Positions 1 through 12,612 of a stretch of DNA of 64,000 nucleotides are shown piece after piece. Source of the DNA: Tubulanus polymorphus (taxonomy: Eukaryota > Animalia > Nemertea); contig NC_134026.1 in assembly GCF_964204645.1 (NCBI RefSeq), forward strand, positions 10,873,950 through 10,937,949, given 5' to 3'. The notes beneath the pieces were generated by a model that made no database searches, was not told where the DNA came from, and saw nothing but the letters and a program-made list of their open reading frames with translations. Positions within the stretch are counted from its first letter, which is position 1. Each line of letters begins with the position of its first letter. The translations under genes and the position numbers were made by a program.

Positions 1-1215
1 CCGAGAAGGGAGCGATAGAACCAGTTTGCAACGAAACTTCTCCCGGCTGGTTTTCTCGAATATTCATGGTACCAAAGGCCAATCGGCACCTAGACATTCC
101 AAGGTTCCGGATGACCAAACCCAAAGACGTGATTCAAGGGCTCCGTCCGGGTCAATGGGCGATGCTTACTTTCAGGTTCCAATTCACCCAAAATCTCGGC
201 GATTTCTCAGGATAAAGTGGAAAGGCCGCCAGTTCCAATTCAGGTCTCTTTCAGTTGGCCTCAGTACGGCCCCGTGGGTTTTCACCAAGTTGGTCAAGTC
301 AGTTTAGAAGGTACTTCAGTCAAGGGGTGTTCGACTGTTCGTTTACCTCGACGACTGGTTAATAGTCGCGAACTCGGCTCAGGAATGTCGGGAGGCAATG
401 ACCTCAGTCTTGCACTTAGTCCATCAGCTAGGGTTCCTCGTAAACAGGGAAAAATCTCAGTTCACTTATCTTGGCATGGACTTCGATCTCCGAATCGGCA
501 TGTCTTTCCGTCTATGGCTCGAGTAGCCAAACTTCAAGAAGCTGTAGCGGGAGTGTCCACAACCCCGAGAACAGCTCGTTACTGGTCACGGCTTCTAGGC
601 TCCATCAGCTCCATGGGTCTGGTCGTGCCCTTTGGCCGCCTCAGAAGCAGGCGCTTGCAACAATATTGGAAGGTCTTCTGGTCTCGGTCGAAGGGCAACT
701 GGGAGACCTTGATTCCCGTACCTCCAACCGATCTAAGTCCGGATCTTCAGTGGTGGGCGGCAACTACGAATCTTCGGCGCGGGGTGTCACTAGCCCCGTT
801 AGAGGCTCCAGTTCGTGTATTCACGGATGCCAGTCACCAAGGATGGTGGGCACATCTGGAGAACCGAGTCAAAGCTGGGAGATGGTCTCGCTACGAGGCC
901 ACCAACCACATAAATTTCCTAGAAATGCTGGCCGTGTGGAAGGCCCTGAAGTTCTTTCACAGGAGAGTGGAGGGCCACTATGTTTGGTTAGCCACAGACA
1001 ATTCAACAGTGAGGGCTTACCTTCAGAACCAAGGGGGCACTCACTCAGAAACCCTCACGGGTCTGTCGGCCAAAATTCTTCTTTGGTGCCAGACAGGGCG
1101 TGTCCCTGACTGTGGCACATTTAGCAGGGAAAAGGAACGTGATGGCCGATGCTCTGTCTCGTCGAGGTCAGGCTATTGCGACGGAATGGGTTCTCAACCA
1201 AGAAGTAGCCGATCG
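1..1215 (+). pseudogene. DIRS reverse transcriptase + RNase H, disrupted
   Basis: DAYFQVPIHPKSRRFLR...GLSTAPWVFTKL; after a stop at 305-307 the frame continues to VYLDDWLI. RNase H motifs VFTDAS, HINFLEMLAV, TDNSTV and HLAGKRNVMADALSR are spread over several frames. Confidence 0.92.
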
Positions 1216-1217
1216 GG

Positions 1218-1610
1218 ATGTTTGGCAATCCGCTGCTGGATCTGTTTGCCACCCGGTTCAATCGGAGGTGTCCTCTGTTTGTGTCCCCGTTTCCAGACAC
1301 GGAAGTGTGGGGGGTCGATGCCTTCTCTCTGGACTGGTCGGGGATGCATGCATATGCGTTCCAGCCCACACCAGTCCTGCCGCGCTTACTGGATCAAATA
1401 GAGAGGTCAGTCAATTGCAACATAGTTCTGGTAGCACCATGTTGGCCGGCTCAGAAATGGTTCCTACCACTTCTCAATCTACTGTGCGACAACCCCAGGA
1501 TTCTTTCGAATTTCCCATCGCTTCTGTCTCAGGGGAACTTTCGGCATCATCCAAACAGCCAGTGGTTAAATCTGCTCGCCTGGCCATTGGCCAGCGATCC
1601 TTGTCAGCTT
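1218..1610 (+). pseudogene. DIRS Dam-like DNA N6-adenine methyltransferase domain
   Basis: LDLFATRFN...VDAFSLDW...YAFQP...LVAPCWPAQKWF matches the DIRS MT domain; the usual YAFPP motif reads YAFQP. Confidence 0.85.
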
Positions 1611-2640
1611 CAGGCTTTTCAGAACAGGCTGCCTCCTTTATCGCAGGATCTAAGCGGCCATCAACAAGTACCATTTACGATGCCAAATGGAGTCATTTTG
1701 CGGATTGGTGTTGCTGCAGGGGAAATTGATCCATGCTCACCCTCTGTAGCTCAATTGGCAGATTTTTTACTGCACCTATTTGTAGTAAAAGGTTTGCAGG
1801 TCATAACTATTAAAGGTTACCGCTCCCCGATTTCTCATACATTGCGTGCTTCTGGATGGCCAAATGTAGCAGTAGATCATCGGATATCCCAGCTTGTTGC
1901 AGGGTTTTCTATTTCCCGGCCTCGGGTACCAAGGATAGTTCCACCATGGGATCTGTCTGTAATTTTGAAGAAGTTAATGGAAGCTCCATTTGAACCACTT
2001 TCAGCAGCGTCATTTGCGAATTTGTCAAAAAAGACTATTTTTGCTGTTCTTGGCTTGCTCGGCCCGTCACTGAGATTCATGCGCTTTCAGTCCGACAAGG
2101 TCATATTGTCTTTGAGCCAGCGAAGGAATTTGTTTCGCTGCGGCCTGCTTTGGAATTTTTGGCAAAGAACCAACGACCAGGCTCGGTTGGGCGTCAATGG
2201 CGAATTGAAGCCCTAAAACATCGAGTGGAACCGGGCCTTCCAGACAGGACTTTATGTCCTGTACGGGCGTTGTGTTTCTATTTAGATCGCTCTGCTTCAC
2301 GGAGGGGTTCACGGGAGCGGTTATTTATTCCGCTGCTGGATCACCTGAAGGGTGATATTTCACGGGACACAGTGGCCCGATGGGTCTCTTCACTGATCAA
2401 GGACATTTTATTGAAGGAGAATCTTTCCTCGGAGGGAGTGGTTTCTCATCAAGTGAGGTCTATGGCTACTTCCTGCGCAGCCTTTTCTGGTGCCTTGTTG
2501 GAGGAAGTCTGTCGGGCCGCCTTTTGGAATTCTCCATCGACATTCACGTCATTTTATTTATGGGATGTTTCAGGCCAGTTAGGCTCATTAGCTTCACTTG
2601 GTCCTGTTGTTATGGCTCAAGGTGTCCGTTTTTTTCCGAT
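1590..2640 (+). pseudogene. DIRS tyrosine recombinase, frameshifted
   Basis: RPSTSTIYDAKWSHFADWC, TIKGYRS, PPWDL, LCPVRAL, HQVRSMATS (HxxR) and FWNSPSTFTSFY (catalytic Tyr region), across ORFs 1100.., 1218.. and 2150.. Confidence 0.9.
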
Positions 2641-3224
2641 CAGACCCTTTAGTGTAGAATATTTATGTTGCATTATCAGGATCACAGGGGGTGTATCCTT
2701 GTACATAGTTTGGGCTCGTATCTGCAAGTATTAATTTCGCAAAATTTCGGGGGGGCCCCTGAGCTGGACGGACTCACTGTGGCCAACCGGTCTGTGCTAC
2801 AGTGATCCATTCCGTGCTTGGGTAAGTGCTCTCTTACCTCGCGTTTGAGCGGTGGTTTTTCTATCTACCTTTCCCACCATCCTTGTGCTAGGCTAGTCTA
2901 GCAAAAAACCATAGGAAAGGGTACAGTACTCGAGGGAAATATAACAATTTTTGGAACTAAAATTAGTATTTCCGAGTAGTACTTACCCTTTCCTATGGTG
3001 GGAATCCCGCCCACCTGCCCCGCATAGCTGTTGTTTTTTTTGGGGTCTGCTATGACGTGAAAAGATGGCGGATTTCGCCGGTGGCTAAATCCAATACCGC
3101 AGGGCCGGGTCGTATAGAAAAACCATCGGCGATCAATCCAAATTTAGAAAATATTGGCAAAAACCATAGGAAAGGGTAAGTACTACTCGGAAATACAAAT
3201 TTTAGTTCCAAAAATTGTAATTTT

Positions 3225-3761
3225 ATACCCGAGGCAGGTATATTTGATTAGGCAATTATGACACAATTGGCGGCCATCTTGGTGTCATCAGTACTCATTC
3301 ATAGGTGGGAAAAAAGTATTTCCACAATATATTGATACTTAAACATATTTTGCTACCACAATCAATTGGAAAGGTGTAGCTCATGACATGGTCTATGATC
3401 GTGTTGAGTTTCAAGGTCATTGGTTTTTGTATATGGCCACCAGGGGGCGTTGAACAATACAATAACTTAGTATTTCTTTATTATATTCGTACCTATGCAT
3501 ATTTTGTTACCACAATCAATTGGAAAGTTGTAGCTCATGACATGGTCTATGATTGTGGCGAGGTTCAAGGACATTAGTTATTCTATATAGTCACTAGGGG
3601 GCGTTGAATAGTAGAATACTTAGTATTTCCTTATTATATTGGTACCTAGGCATATTTTGTTACCATGATCAATTGCAAAGTTGTAGCTCATGACATGTTC
3701 TATGATTATGGTGAGTGGGGGCATTCAATAGTAGAATAACTTAGTATTTTCATATCATATT
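3225..3761 (+). repeat. Interspersed repeat with ~2.7 tandem 154-bp monomers; paralogous to 22392-22663
   Basis: Monomer anchor ATCAATTGGAAAG.TGTAGCTCATGACATG recurs at ~154-bp spacing; the segment aligns by eye with 22392-22663. Confidence 0.85.
3434..3452 (+). promoter_or_regulatory. CTCF consensus-like motif (also 3588-3606 and 22603-22621)
   Basis: TGGCCACCAGGGGGCGTTG closely matches the bilaterian CTCF core. Sequence match only; binding is not shown. Confidence 0.5.
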
Positions 3762-4620
3762 TGTGGTATGCAGGGGTTAAGGTCCGGAGGGGAAGAAAAC
3801 CTGTCCCAGGCACATCAGCAAAACAGACTATAGCATTGGTGCCGATGAACAGTTTATTTAAGTACCATAAAGCCGGAACTATCGGAAAGTAGTAGAGCAA
3901 CTATAGTAGTTATCAACTAGCAAGGTCTACAAAATATAAAAAACATATCTTAACATTTGCATAAAACATAAAGTATATTAATTCATTAATGCAACTCATC
4001 TCAAACTGAATTAAATAATAAGTACACTATAATTAATTAACTCTCAAAACAATATCAATCACTGCTAAGAAAAATCTATTGAATCTATATTAAGTCATAA
4101 AACTTATATCATTCAACATGGAAATGCTATATTATTTAGCTATACCCACGAAGAACATGTAAAGCTTTGCCACCTATGCCACAGGAAAATAAACTCGAGA
4201 GACAGAGCAAAATTGACAAATTCGAAGTATAACGTAAAACTCACCAGTAAATGCACAGACACTTGTTCCTGCCTTGCTAGAGTCTATGAATGAATGCGCC
4301 ACACTGGTATGTGCGGGTTAGATATATAGGTTTTGCTATCAATTGGAATTGCTGGTGCATGAAGTGTGAAAAACATGGTTATAAGGTTACAGAAATGCTA
4401 GCAACACGTACATGCATTATGATAGACTGAAAGGGGAAATCTGAAATATAAACTGTATTGGTCAATGGGTATTTTCCATAATTTCCATCTGAAATCACTT
4501 CCCAAGTGGATATAGTGTCTCTGGACCCCTAGTTTGGAATACCTGGTACGGTACAATGGCAATGCCATGAGCCATATGACTTAATTGCGTCTTTAGCGCT
4601 GCCATATCTCCTTCTATTCT
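3762..4620 (-). mobile_element. Candidate 3' LTR of an unidentified LTR retrotransposon, with adjacent purine tract
   Basis: Abruptly truncates the 154-bp array. The minus strand reads GAATAGAAGGAGA (PPT-like), then TATGGCAG...TATATA...AATAAA...ATACCACA. No second LTR is in the window. Confidence 0.3.
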
Positions 4621-5511
4621 GGTCAGGATACGTTATGTGGGGCTCATTTTAGAAGTTTACCTTAGCTCAGGAAATAACTGCTAAATGTTTTGTTGAATAC
4701 TCGGCACTATACGGTGGCGCCGCCACAACCAACCTGACTCGCCAGCCACTGGGTGTTGGTTCGATCAGGAGGTGACATCTGGTTAAAAAGTCTGTGTTTC
4801 AATCCTGGTTACCCGTTCTTGTCTAGGCCCAAGTTCTGTTGTTACACCAAACCCTCGACTTTGCATCGGAATTTCAGTCCGATCGGAAATCAGGCTCCTT
4901 TCAAGTTGCTCGGTTGGACCAGGACTTGCAGCTTCCCCAGGGATGGCGAAGTCTTTGTATTTCTCTTGAGAGCTCGTTCGCCAGTGCGTTGCTCCCCTGG
5001 AAAGCGGCGTAGGAGACGGTCCCCATTGCTGTCGGGCCCAGCCTCTTTGAGCAGGAAAGCATACAACCGTTCTCGACAGAAAATGGCTCACTCACGATCT
5101 AGTTCTTCCTCAAGATACAGATCTTTGAGATCTTGAGTGTCCTCAATGTTATTACAAGAGCAGTCGCAGGGGGATTTTATTGCTGGCGCCGCCTGCCTCC
5201 ACGTGTGGTTTCATTTCTGCTGAGGATTTTAAAGCCTTTCAGATGGAAATGCAGAGTCTGTTGTAGTTGGTAAAGGGTCGGACCGACATCATCCAATTCA
5301 GTGAATTCCAGTCCCATGGATATTCCCCTCATGATTTCTGCCCCCCATGGATCTTGATGAGTTCAAGTTCAAATTTATTTAAAGGAAAGCATAACAGGCT
5401 ATATACAGAGATTGAGAGAGAAAACAAACAATAAAATTTACAATTTTTAAACAAGCACCAATTACAAAAGAGGGTGAAAAGTAGCTTTCTGTGTGGGCCA
5501 AGTAAAGTTAA

Positions 5512-6106
5512 AGGGCAAATGCCATCAAAATTGTACTTTCCGCGAAGAAATTTAAGTATATATATATATAATGACCCGTGATCTGTCTGATCAAAAAAAA
5601 GTACCCCTAATTAGCCATAAATTAGTCATTTATTTGTCCTTCACTTTGTGTGTATTGTTCACATACTACCCGCAGTGGCGCTATTTATGATGTTATCTAT
5701 GACAATCAACACAAGCACGTGTGTGCGCTAGTAACATCATTTGCTCACCGTATTCACAGACCGACAGCACAATTCACTAATATACGTTTATGTCATATAC
5801 AACAGTAGCAAAAGGATACAATGGTAAGAGTTCAAAATCCAAAGACACTTCTAAAATGATCAAATACCCTATGAAATGTCTAATGAAATGAATGGAAGGA
5901 AGCTGTGAGCACTTGTCAGAGATGACGTCAGAAAGTTGCACCTGCTAACATAAAAAATAACAGTGCGCACGTGCTGAAATTGCCGATTTATAAGTTGTAT
6001 TTCTCAGTAACGCCTGAACTAAAATTCAAACCAGTTGCATATTTGATATTTGTGAATATATCACATTTGACAATAACTTTTACACAGTATTCTATTTTGA
6101 TAGCAT
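5512..6106. mobile_element. TTAA-flanked non-autonomous DNA transposon (Kolobok/T2-like MITE); right TIR clipped
   Basis: TTAA|AGGGCAAATGCCATCAAAAT ... ATTTTGATAGCAT. Colinear with the split copy at 23756-24582 / 35943-36278. Confidence 0.8.
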
Positions 6107-8579
6107 TCCAGGGAGTCATCACCTAACATTCCTCCATTCGGGGTGACCACTTCTCATCCGCCTGCAGTATTTGACCAGCTGCCCAGCCCTTTGGGCTCAA
6201 TCGCCACAACTTTTTGGTTTACCTTTCTCAGCGATATTGACATTGGCGTTGAGCCAATTATGTAATAATACTTGTTGATTGCTTTGATTGACATTGAAGT
6301 TTAAGCGAACATTCATTTACATATAAAGCCTCCACATGCGCGCGAGTGCTTATGATTATTCTGTTACACACGCCGATCTCCAGTACAGTATACACTACTA
6401 TATAAGTGATACTGTAACGCTGCTTGCTGTTGCCTTCTGAATAATCATTTAAACTTTTATAGCAGATGATGAGTGCTGTGTTTTCCGTTTGATAGAATTT
6501 GTATTAATTGTAATAAATTGTGACCTGAAAATACTAAGCAGCAAACTATAGGTATAGGTAGAGGTCTGAATATTTTAGTGGTAAAATCCAGGATTTAAGC
6601 TTCCGTGGCCCTACATTGAGAAAGGTTTACGAGACTTTCAATATACAGCCACCCTCTGATTGGTATCATCATATGAATTTCATGTAAATATTTTTTTAAA
6701 GATATAAAATAGTTTCCCTTCCTACCTGTACCCTACGAAATTCTTAACATGGACTGTAAACAAATGTATATTTTTGGTCTTATTTGACTACAAAATAATT
6801 CTTAGAGAAAGATAAAATACAATTTAAACTTATAGAACTTTGAAGTCACAAATTAAAAAGTTTAATAAGCAATGCCCTTGCTCCAAACAACCTCTAGCTT
6901 TCAAGGTAAACCACACTTTGCCCATGGGCAATTTATTTGCTCTTACAAGAGGTTTTCCACAAGCATGGCACCACGGTGCCCAAGCCTCACACGTTTGCGG
7001 ATCAGGTGGAGTGCATGGCTTCTTATGCCACCTCTGCAGGGACTTGCGCTCTTTGCAAGTCCTCTGCCGCCTGGTTTGGATGGCTGAGTTTGCCTACCAT
7101 CCTTAATATCAGGGAGGAGAATTCCCCGCGGATCTGCGGTTTCCCGCAGATTTCGGTATTGAAAAATATCAATTTTGATGATCTCACTCAATTGGTCTGG
7201 CGCGATTGGTAATCAGGTGAACTGTAAAAGCGTTCAGTGCCTGTTTTACTTATCGTCCCGTAAAAGTATCGCATTTCAATGCATATTCACTGAAACTCTG
7301 ATTTTGTATTTGTACTACGATGAGTGTATGTATTTTATCGATCGGTCGCGTGCGGCAACAGCAGTAGTACAAAGGCCTGCTTACTGTTGCCGCACGTGTG
7401 TGGCGAATGCCTTCAGATATTATACACTAATGGGTGATGATTTTTAGTGAGCATTCTTCGGCGCATTTTAACTGCAATAATTCAGGGCTCGACCCGTAAT
7501 GCATGAGATGCTGAATGTCATCGAATGAGGATGTACCACATTCGAACTAGTCATTACCTTCCAAAATATAATAGTCGTTCATGGGTTCAAGATCGCTCTA
7601 AGTGCTCGGGAAACGCTTTTAATTCCAAAAATTTTCCCCAAACCCCCCATCATTTTTGCGCCTTTGGCGCTCACGGGTGGTGAGGGCTACGCCGTCAGCT
7701 GGTTCACTTGTGTAACTCAACAAAAAAAAACCATGGATTTTATAGGTCGGTGTTCTCATCTCTGTAATATCCAGATGCCTAAGGTGGGGGTAGTCTCTTC
7801 CTTGTTCTTCTTGAAGAATATTACGCATATTAATCAATGAGTTTTCAAGAAATGGCGTTAATGTTGTCGCTGATTGCTCGGTCTCTACTGCAACAGGAAA
7901 CAGCTGATCCCTAGGAGATGCCATAGCTGGCATGGCTTGAATTATCCAGTTCCTTGGGTGGTCGGCTTCACATGTGATTCTTCTTGCCATCAGGGCTCAT
8001 GCCAACATGATCCTGGCAGCAAAGATCTTCCTTGATCAAGGATTTTGGTGCTAAGCTCCAAAAGGGTGACTCAAGATTCTCTGCTCATGGCTAAGCTGGG
8101 CTACTGTCTGGAATGCGGCGGACCCAAAGTATGTAACGACCAACACAGTGTTGTAATATGAAGTTGAATGTCTAACTGCTTTATTTAGAGGACTGTTTAT
8201 ATATAGCGTACATGTATTATATAGTTAGTTGACATTTTACAGTTGATTGAGATATGACTGGATGCCAACTTTGAGAATACTGTATACAAAACCATAGACT
8301 GTAAACTTATAATACATTGAAATGTAGAATATCGCATATCAGTCATGACAGCCACTCCAATCAGCTATTTTTCTGGTTGGTGTGCCCCAGTGGCACTTGA
8401 ATTTCAGAAGATCAAATACTGTAGTCCCAGGCAATGTCTTAAGGACCCTTTAAGATTCTGAGGAAGCTGCCTATCCAGACTTCAAATTCTAAGCCATCTC
8501 CAGCGCCATCTCATTTCCAGGATTCAAGGGTAGAGAAAAATCCTTGTACAAGACCAAAATTTCAAAATTGAAGGCCTCA

Positions 8580-9220
8580 GACCAGAGGGTGGCTGTCTTC
8601 AAACGACTGGTCCGATGATTTGGGTGACGGATGGGCACTGAGAGTAATCTCGAAAGGTTTTCGTCTCCAATTTGAAACAAAGCCTTGCCTGATAAGATAA
8701 CCTCCAGATAAAAATCATTATCCCTCAAGTCTAGGAGTTGCTACAGAAGAGCGCACTCCAGCTTGTCTAAAATGAGTCCTTTCCGGGCTGGAACTCAAGA
8801 TTGTGTACAGAACCAAAGACCTCTGGAGGCCTACGCACTGTGATAAACAAGCATCTCAGGGTTTAGTAAGTTCAGGCACTCCATCCCGGTCAATGGGCGT
8901 CGTCGATCATTTTAAAAGACACATACTTTCAGGTACTGATTCAACCCAAGTCTCGCTGCTATTTCCGGGTCAAGTGGAAGGCCAACTCTGGGCATAAAGT
9001 TCGACCCTCACAAGGGCTGTGTACTTCATCCAAGCAAGGATGCTGTATCAGGCCTGTCAAGCACAACTTGATCAATGTGGTACTGGTCCCGATTCCTTGG
9101 ACAAACTGAGCTCCCCTTGGTGGCTCCCCTGGGGTGCTTTCAGTGCTGGCCGTTTCAACGATTTTGGAAGGCCTGCTAACTATGATCGACAGGAGTTTGG
9201 GAGGCTCTGCTTCCGCTTCC
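8580..9220 (+). pseudogene. Second, heavily decayed DIRS RT fragment
   Basis: ~8880-9000 translates HPGQWASSIILKDTYFQVLIQPKSRCYFRVKWK, paralleling RPGQWA...DAYFQVPIHPKSRRFLRIKWK at ~145-225; upstream GWALRVISKGFRLQF resembles a DIRS RT start. Confidence 0.7.
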
Positions 9221-9225
9221 TCCAA

Positions 9226-9390
9226 TTCAACCCCCAATATACCGCCCACATCAGTGCAGAACGATTTTGGCGGTACAGAGAGTATGGCGGTATATCGGGG
9301 GGGTTTTACTATGTACTTGTATTGAGATGTTCAATGAGAAAACCTGGCGGTACAATGTGGTGGTAAATGGGAGGGCGGTATATCGGGGAT
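9226..9390. mobile_element. pogo/Tigger-like MITE fragment
   Basis: CAACCCCCAATATACCGCC with inverted GGCGGTATATCGGGG twice; same terminus family as 13522-13564. Confidence 0.5.
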
Positions 9391-12328
9391 TGTTTTAAAG
9401 TTTCACGTATCTCTTAAATTCTGCAACACTTTCCTCCATTTTGGTTTACTCACAGTGCACTTGCATAATGAAAACTGTGTCCAATTTAGGTCATGAGTGT
9501 GTAGTAATAGTAACGGGCCTAATGATCGCTAATAGAGATAGATGGCCCCTCCAGATCTGCCTCTGTGGTATTTGTCTACAGGTAACATTATACTGGTCCC
9601 GGTGCTACCACTATAGGTGGATTCTACTGTATATTGAACATTTATCCATTTTCCTCAAAATGTCGATGCTCATAACCCAGCATTGTATTTTAGGGTCATA
9701 CTCGAGCTAATGATTTGGACATAGATGATCCAATTGGAATGTCTGGTGATATTGAAGATGATTTTTTGCCTGTTCATTATGGGAGAAAGCGTAAGCAACA
9801 TAATGGTAAGACAGGACGCAAGAGCAGACCATAGCGGTATTAGTGATTATGAGTGATCGAATTTACTTGCCACGGAGAAAATATATTGGTTCCACAACGT
9901 CTGATGTAAGTTGGGTCTACTTAACAACATTGAGCTGACAATCTAGGGAAGTATATACAGTCAACTTTGCTTAATTCGTATCTCTTAGTCTTGCTTTTTT
10001 CTATGTATAAGACATTGTACGGATTAATGTACGTAATTCAAATCTTATCTATTGATTCCCATAAACTGCAAACAAAAACCTACTAATAATTGTTTCCATT
10101 GGCATTGGAATAAATGCTGCATCCTGCTGCCATTCATTGTTTAGACTTAACTGGCGGGAAATATGTTGCCGTGCCGGGGCATGCTCAGTGGCTTTGACTG
10201 ACGAGTAATTGCATTCTCCCTCGGCAGAGATTCTAACTTGATCGCATCGCTACCCTCAGCCACGGCACAAACCCCTGCCATGCTAGACCGTGTGTGCAAG
10301 TAAGTACATGTGCAGCTTCGTCGGAAGAAAACTTACTATAAGGCACCAATCAGATTGTTCGTTGTATAATCGCTGAGGTAAATTTCACGGATGAACTACA
10401 AATGGGAAAACCCGGCCTAAAATAAGACACTTAGCATTTTCAATTGTTTTTAAGAAAAGGGACCATGGATAATCAAAGGGAATAACGAAGGAAAAATCCT
10501 TTCATTTTTATACGAATTAGGTAGTTATAGGAATTAACTGATGATAAATTGAGTGAGGTTGACTGTATTGGGGAGCGTTCATTAAGTTTGTATGTAAGAA
10601 ATTTAATAGATTTAGATAGTCCTAGCTTGTTTTTCCAGAGCATACTTGGATTAGATATCAATGACCTACCTTGTGTAAGGATATATCATTATCCAGAAAA
10701 CTAAAGGTTTTCTGGTGTTACTAAATGCTTGTCTTGCACATATACACTGAAACGCCATAGAATAAACAAAAAGACCATTGCATTATTTATTTATTTCATT
10801 CAGCATCAAACATTCAAAACATGTACAATAAGTCAATAGTGAAGTGCTGGTACATACATTTTACTTAAATGGCTACCTAGCTATATACGCAGATCATTAC
10901 ACTTATTACTTTTTGGCCCTAGCAACAGCTTGCATACATTGTTTATGAAAGCTCCTTTGCCTGACAATTGCAGTCGAACTGTTTCAAATGTATCTGTGGC
11001 ATTGTCCGATGTAACAAGTCTCACTTGTGAAATAATGTACCAATAAATTGTATAATCATTTACCGAAAATCTGTGTTCCGTATGTAGGAAAGTGTATGGC
11101 ATGTACATGGGGCTCATTAAATCATTGGCACTGTTATGTTTGAATTATGTAAATACGTTTCGTTGTTGAGTTCAACAATTAATTTCAGGCTGATTGTATT
11201 GTCATTCATCTATTTTAGCACTGAATGCTTCTTTGTTTTAATCATCTGCTTCCCGCGGTGTTTATCTCTTATGTATCTATGATTAAGACTATAAGAGTTG
11301 ATGATTTTTTCAAAAAATTCTATTGTAACCATTGTTTTCATTATGATTATGTTCACTGTTTATTTCGATGTTCTTATGAAATACAAGTTATGACTATTAA
11401 AAATGGAGTCCAAATTATTTGAACAATGTCATCGAAATTGGGAGGAAAACTAATGCAAATGTACAGTTGACTGGTTTCCTCCAACTGAAGAAAGCAAATT
11501 CTTTCGTTTGAAATGTGAATACCGAGTTATCTTAAATGGAACTATTAGGTAAAAGTATCATGTATTCATTACAGAAGAGCAGGGACTTACTCAACTGATT
11601 GAAAGGTTTCGGTCAATTTCTTGGAAAAGTAATTTTCGAGCTCTATTTGCAGGTTCTGTGCAGTAACCCCTATTTTTGGGATGATGTGTGATATTGAATG
11701 TAATTCAACAATCAAGGGTGCTCTGAATTTATTGCTGTAGATTGTATTATTTGTTTGATCACTTATTAACCGAACCAATTGTCCAATATTTTGTTTGCGA
11801 ATAATTCAAAAGAAAGTATGCTGGTGTCCTATTTAGGTCTTCCAAACTGATTTGAATCTGGACTAGATTTTCTAAGATGGTATAGTTTATTCATCGTTCG
11901 TTAATATGTATATTAGGGTGCTTCGTAAAAAAGTGGAGTAGGCCAGTTCTCATGTATATTTGTATACGCTACGAATATATTTTAGCGTTTGAAATATAGA
12001 AAGGTACATTATACAATTTGTGATACCTTGATTGCTTTAATCGGTACATTGGCTTGTGGATTATGGTCAATTATAAAAATGAGGTAATTCGGTATCTTAA
12101 GAAAGTATGAATATGGAATGCTTCGGTTTTTTTTGTCATACTCCAAATTATTGGAAATTCTATCCTTTCTATGGTAGTTCTATCAAAATAAGCATGACAC
12201 AGTTTACTGTCCAGCAGAGGGTTTTTGAAATTTAGCAAGTCATATCTCAAAAACTACCGAACCGAATCAGAAAAACCGAATATGAAACATCTTATATCTT
12301 CTTATACAAATGTATTTGGTATACGTCC

Positions 12329-12612
12329 TATACGGTAACAGATAAAATTCCCCCTAGGTAAAAATCTCCCCTGGTAAAAATCCCCCTAAATTTGATTTCA
12401 CAGAAAAATTCAATGGAATACTTCAATATTGTGTTGAAAACTAGTTGAAAAATAGTTTTCAAAAATTTACAAATTTCCCGTGGTGTTACATTATTGTAAA
12501 CAGTATTATCTGTTTTCATTTAGATTTTATACTGAAGTTTGATAGAAAACTGAATAGGGAGGGGGATTTCACCGTGTTTGATTTTTAGCGGGGAATTTTA
12601 ACAGTACATTCG
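12329..12612. repeat. Foldback/MITE-like element with tandem TAAAA(T)CCCCCT motifs
   Basis: Tandem GTAAAAATCCCCCT-like motifs at left and complementary GGGGATTT/GGGGAATTTTA at right; the same motif array occurs at ~58855-58950. Confidence 0.45.

Larger units (their letters stand above)
1..3224 (+). mobile_element. DIRS1-type tyrosine-recombinase retrotransposon, 3' portion (5' end outside window), decayed
   Basis: RT, RNase H, methyltransferase and YR domains in DIRS order. 2944-2999 is the reverse complement of terminal 3163-3218 (ICR/terminus pairing). The element ends in a T-run at ~3220-3224. Confidence 0.93.

Noticed and set aside
1-2734. RT + methyltransferase + integrase as a novel phage/retron-like or restriction system
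   Set aside because: Domain order, overlapping frames and the ICR are the known DIRS1 architecture.
3349-3761. Regularly spaced repeats as a CRISPR array
   Set aside because: Whole 154-bp monomers are homologous, there are no unique spacers or cas genes, and the context is eukaryotic.
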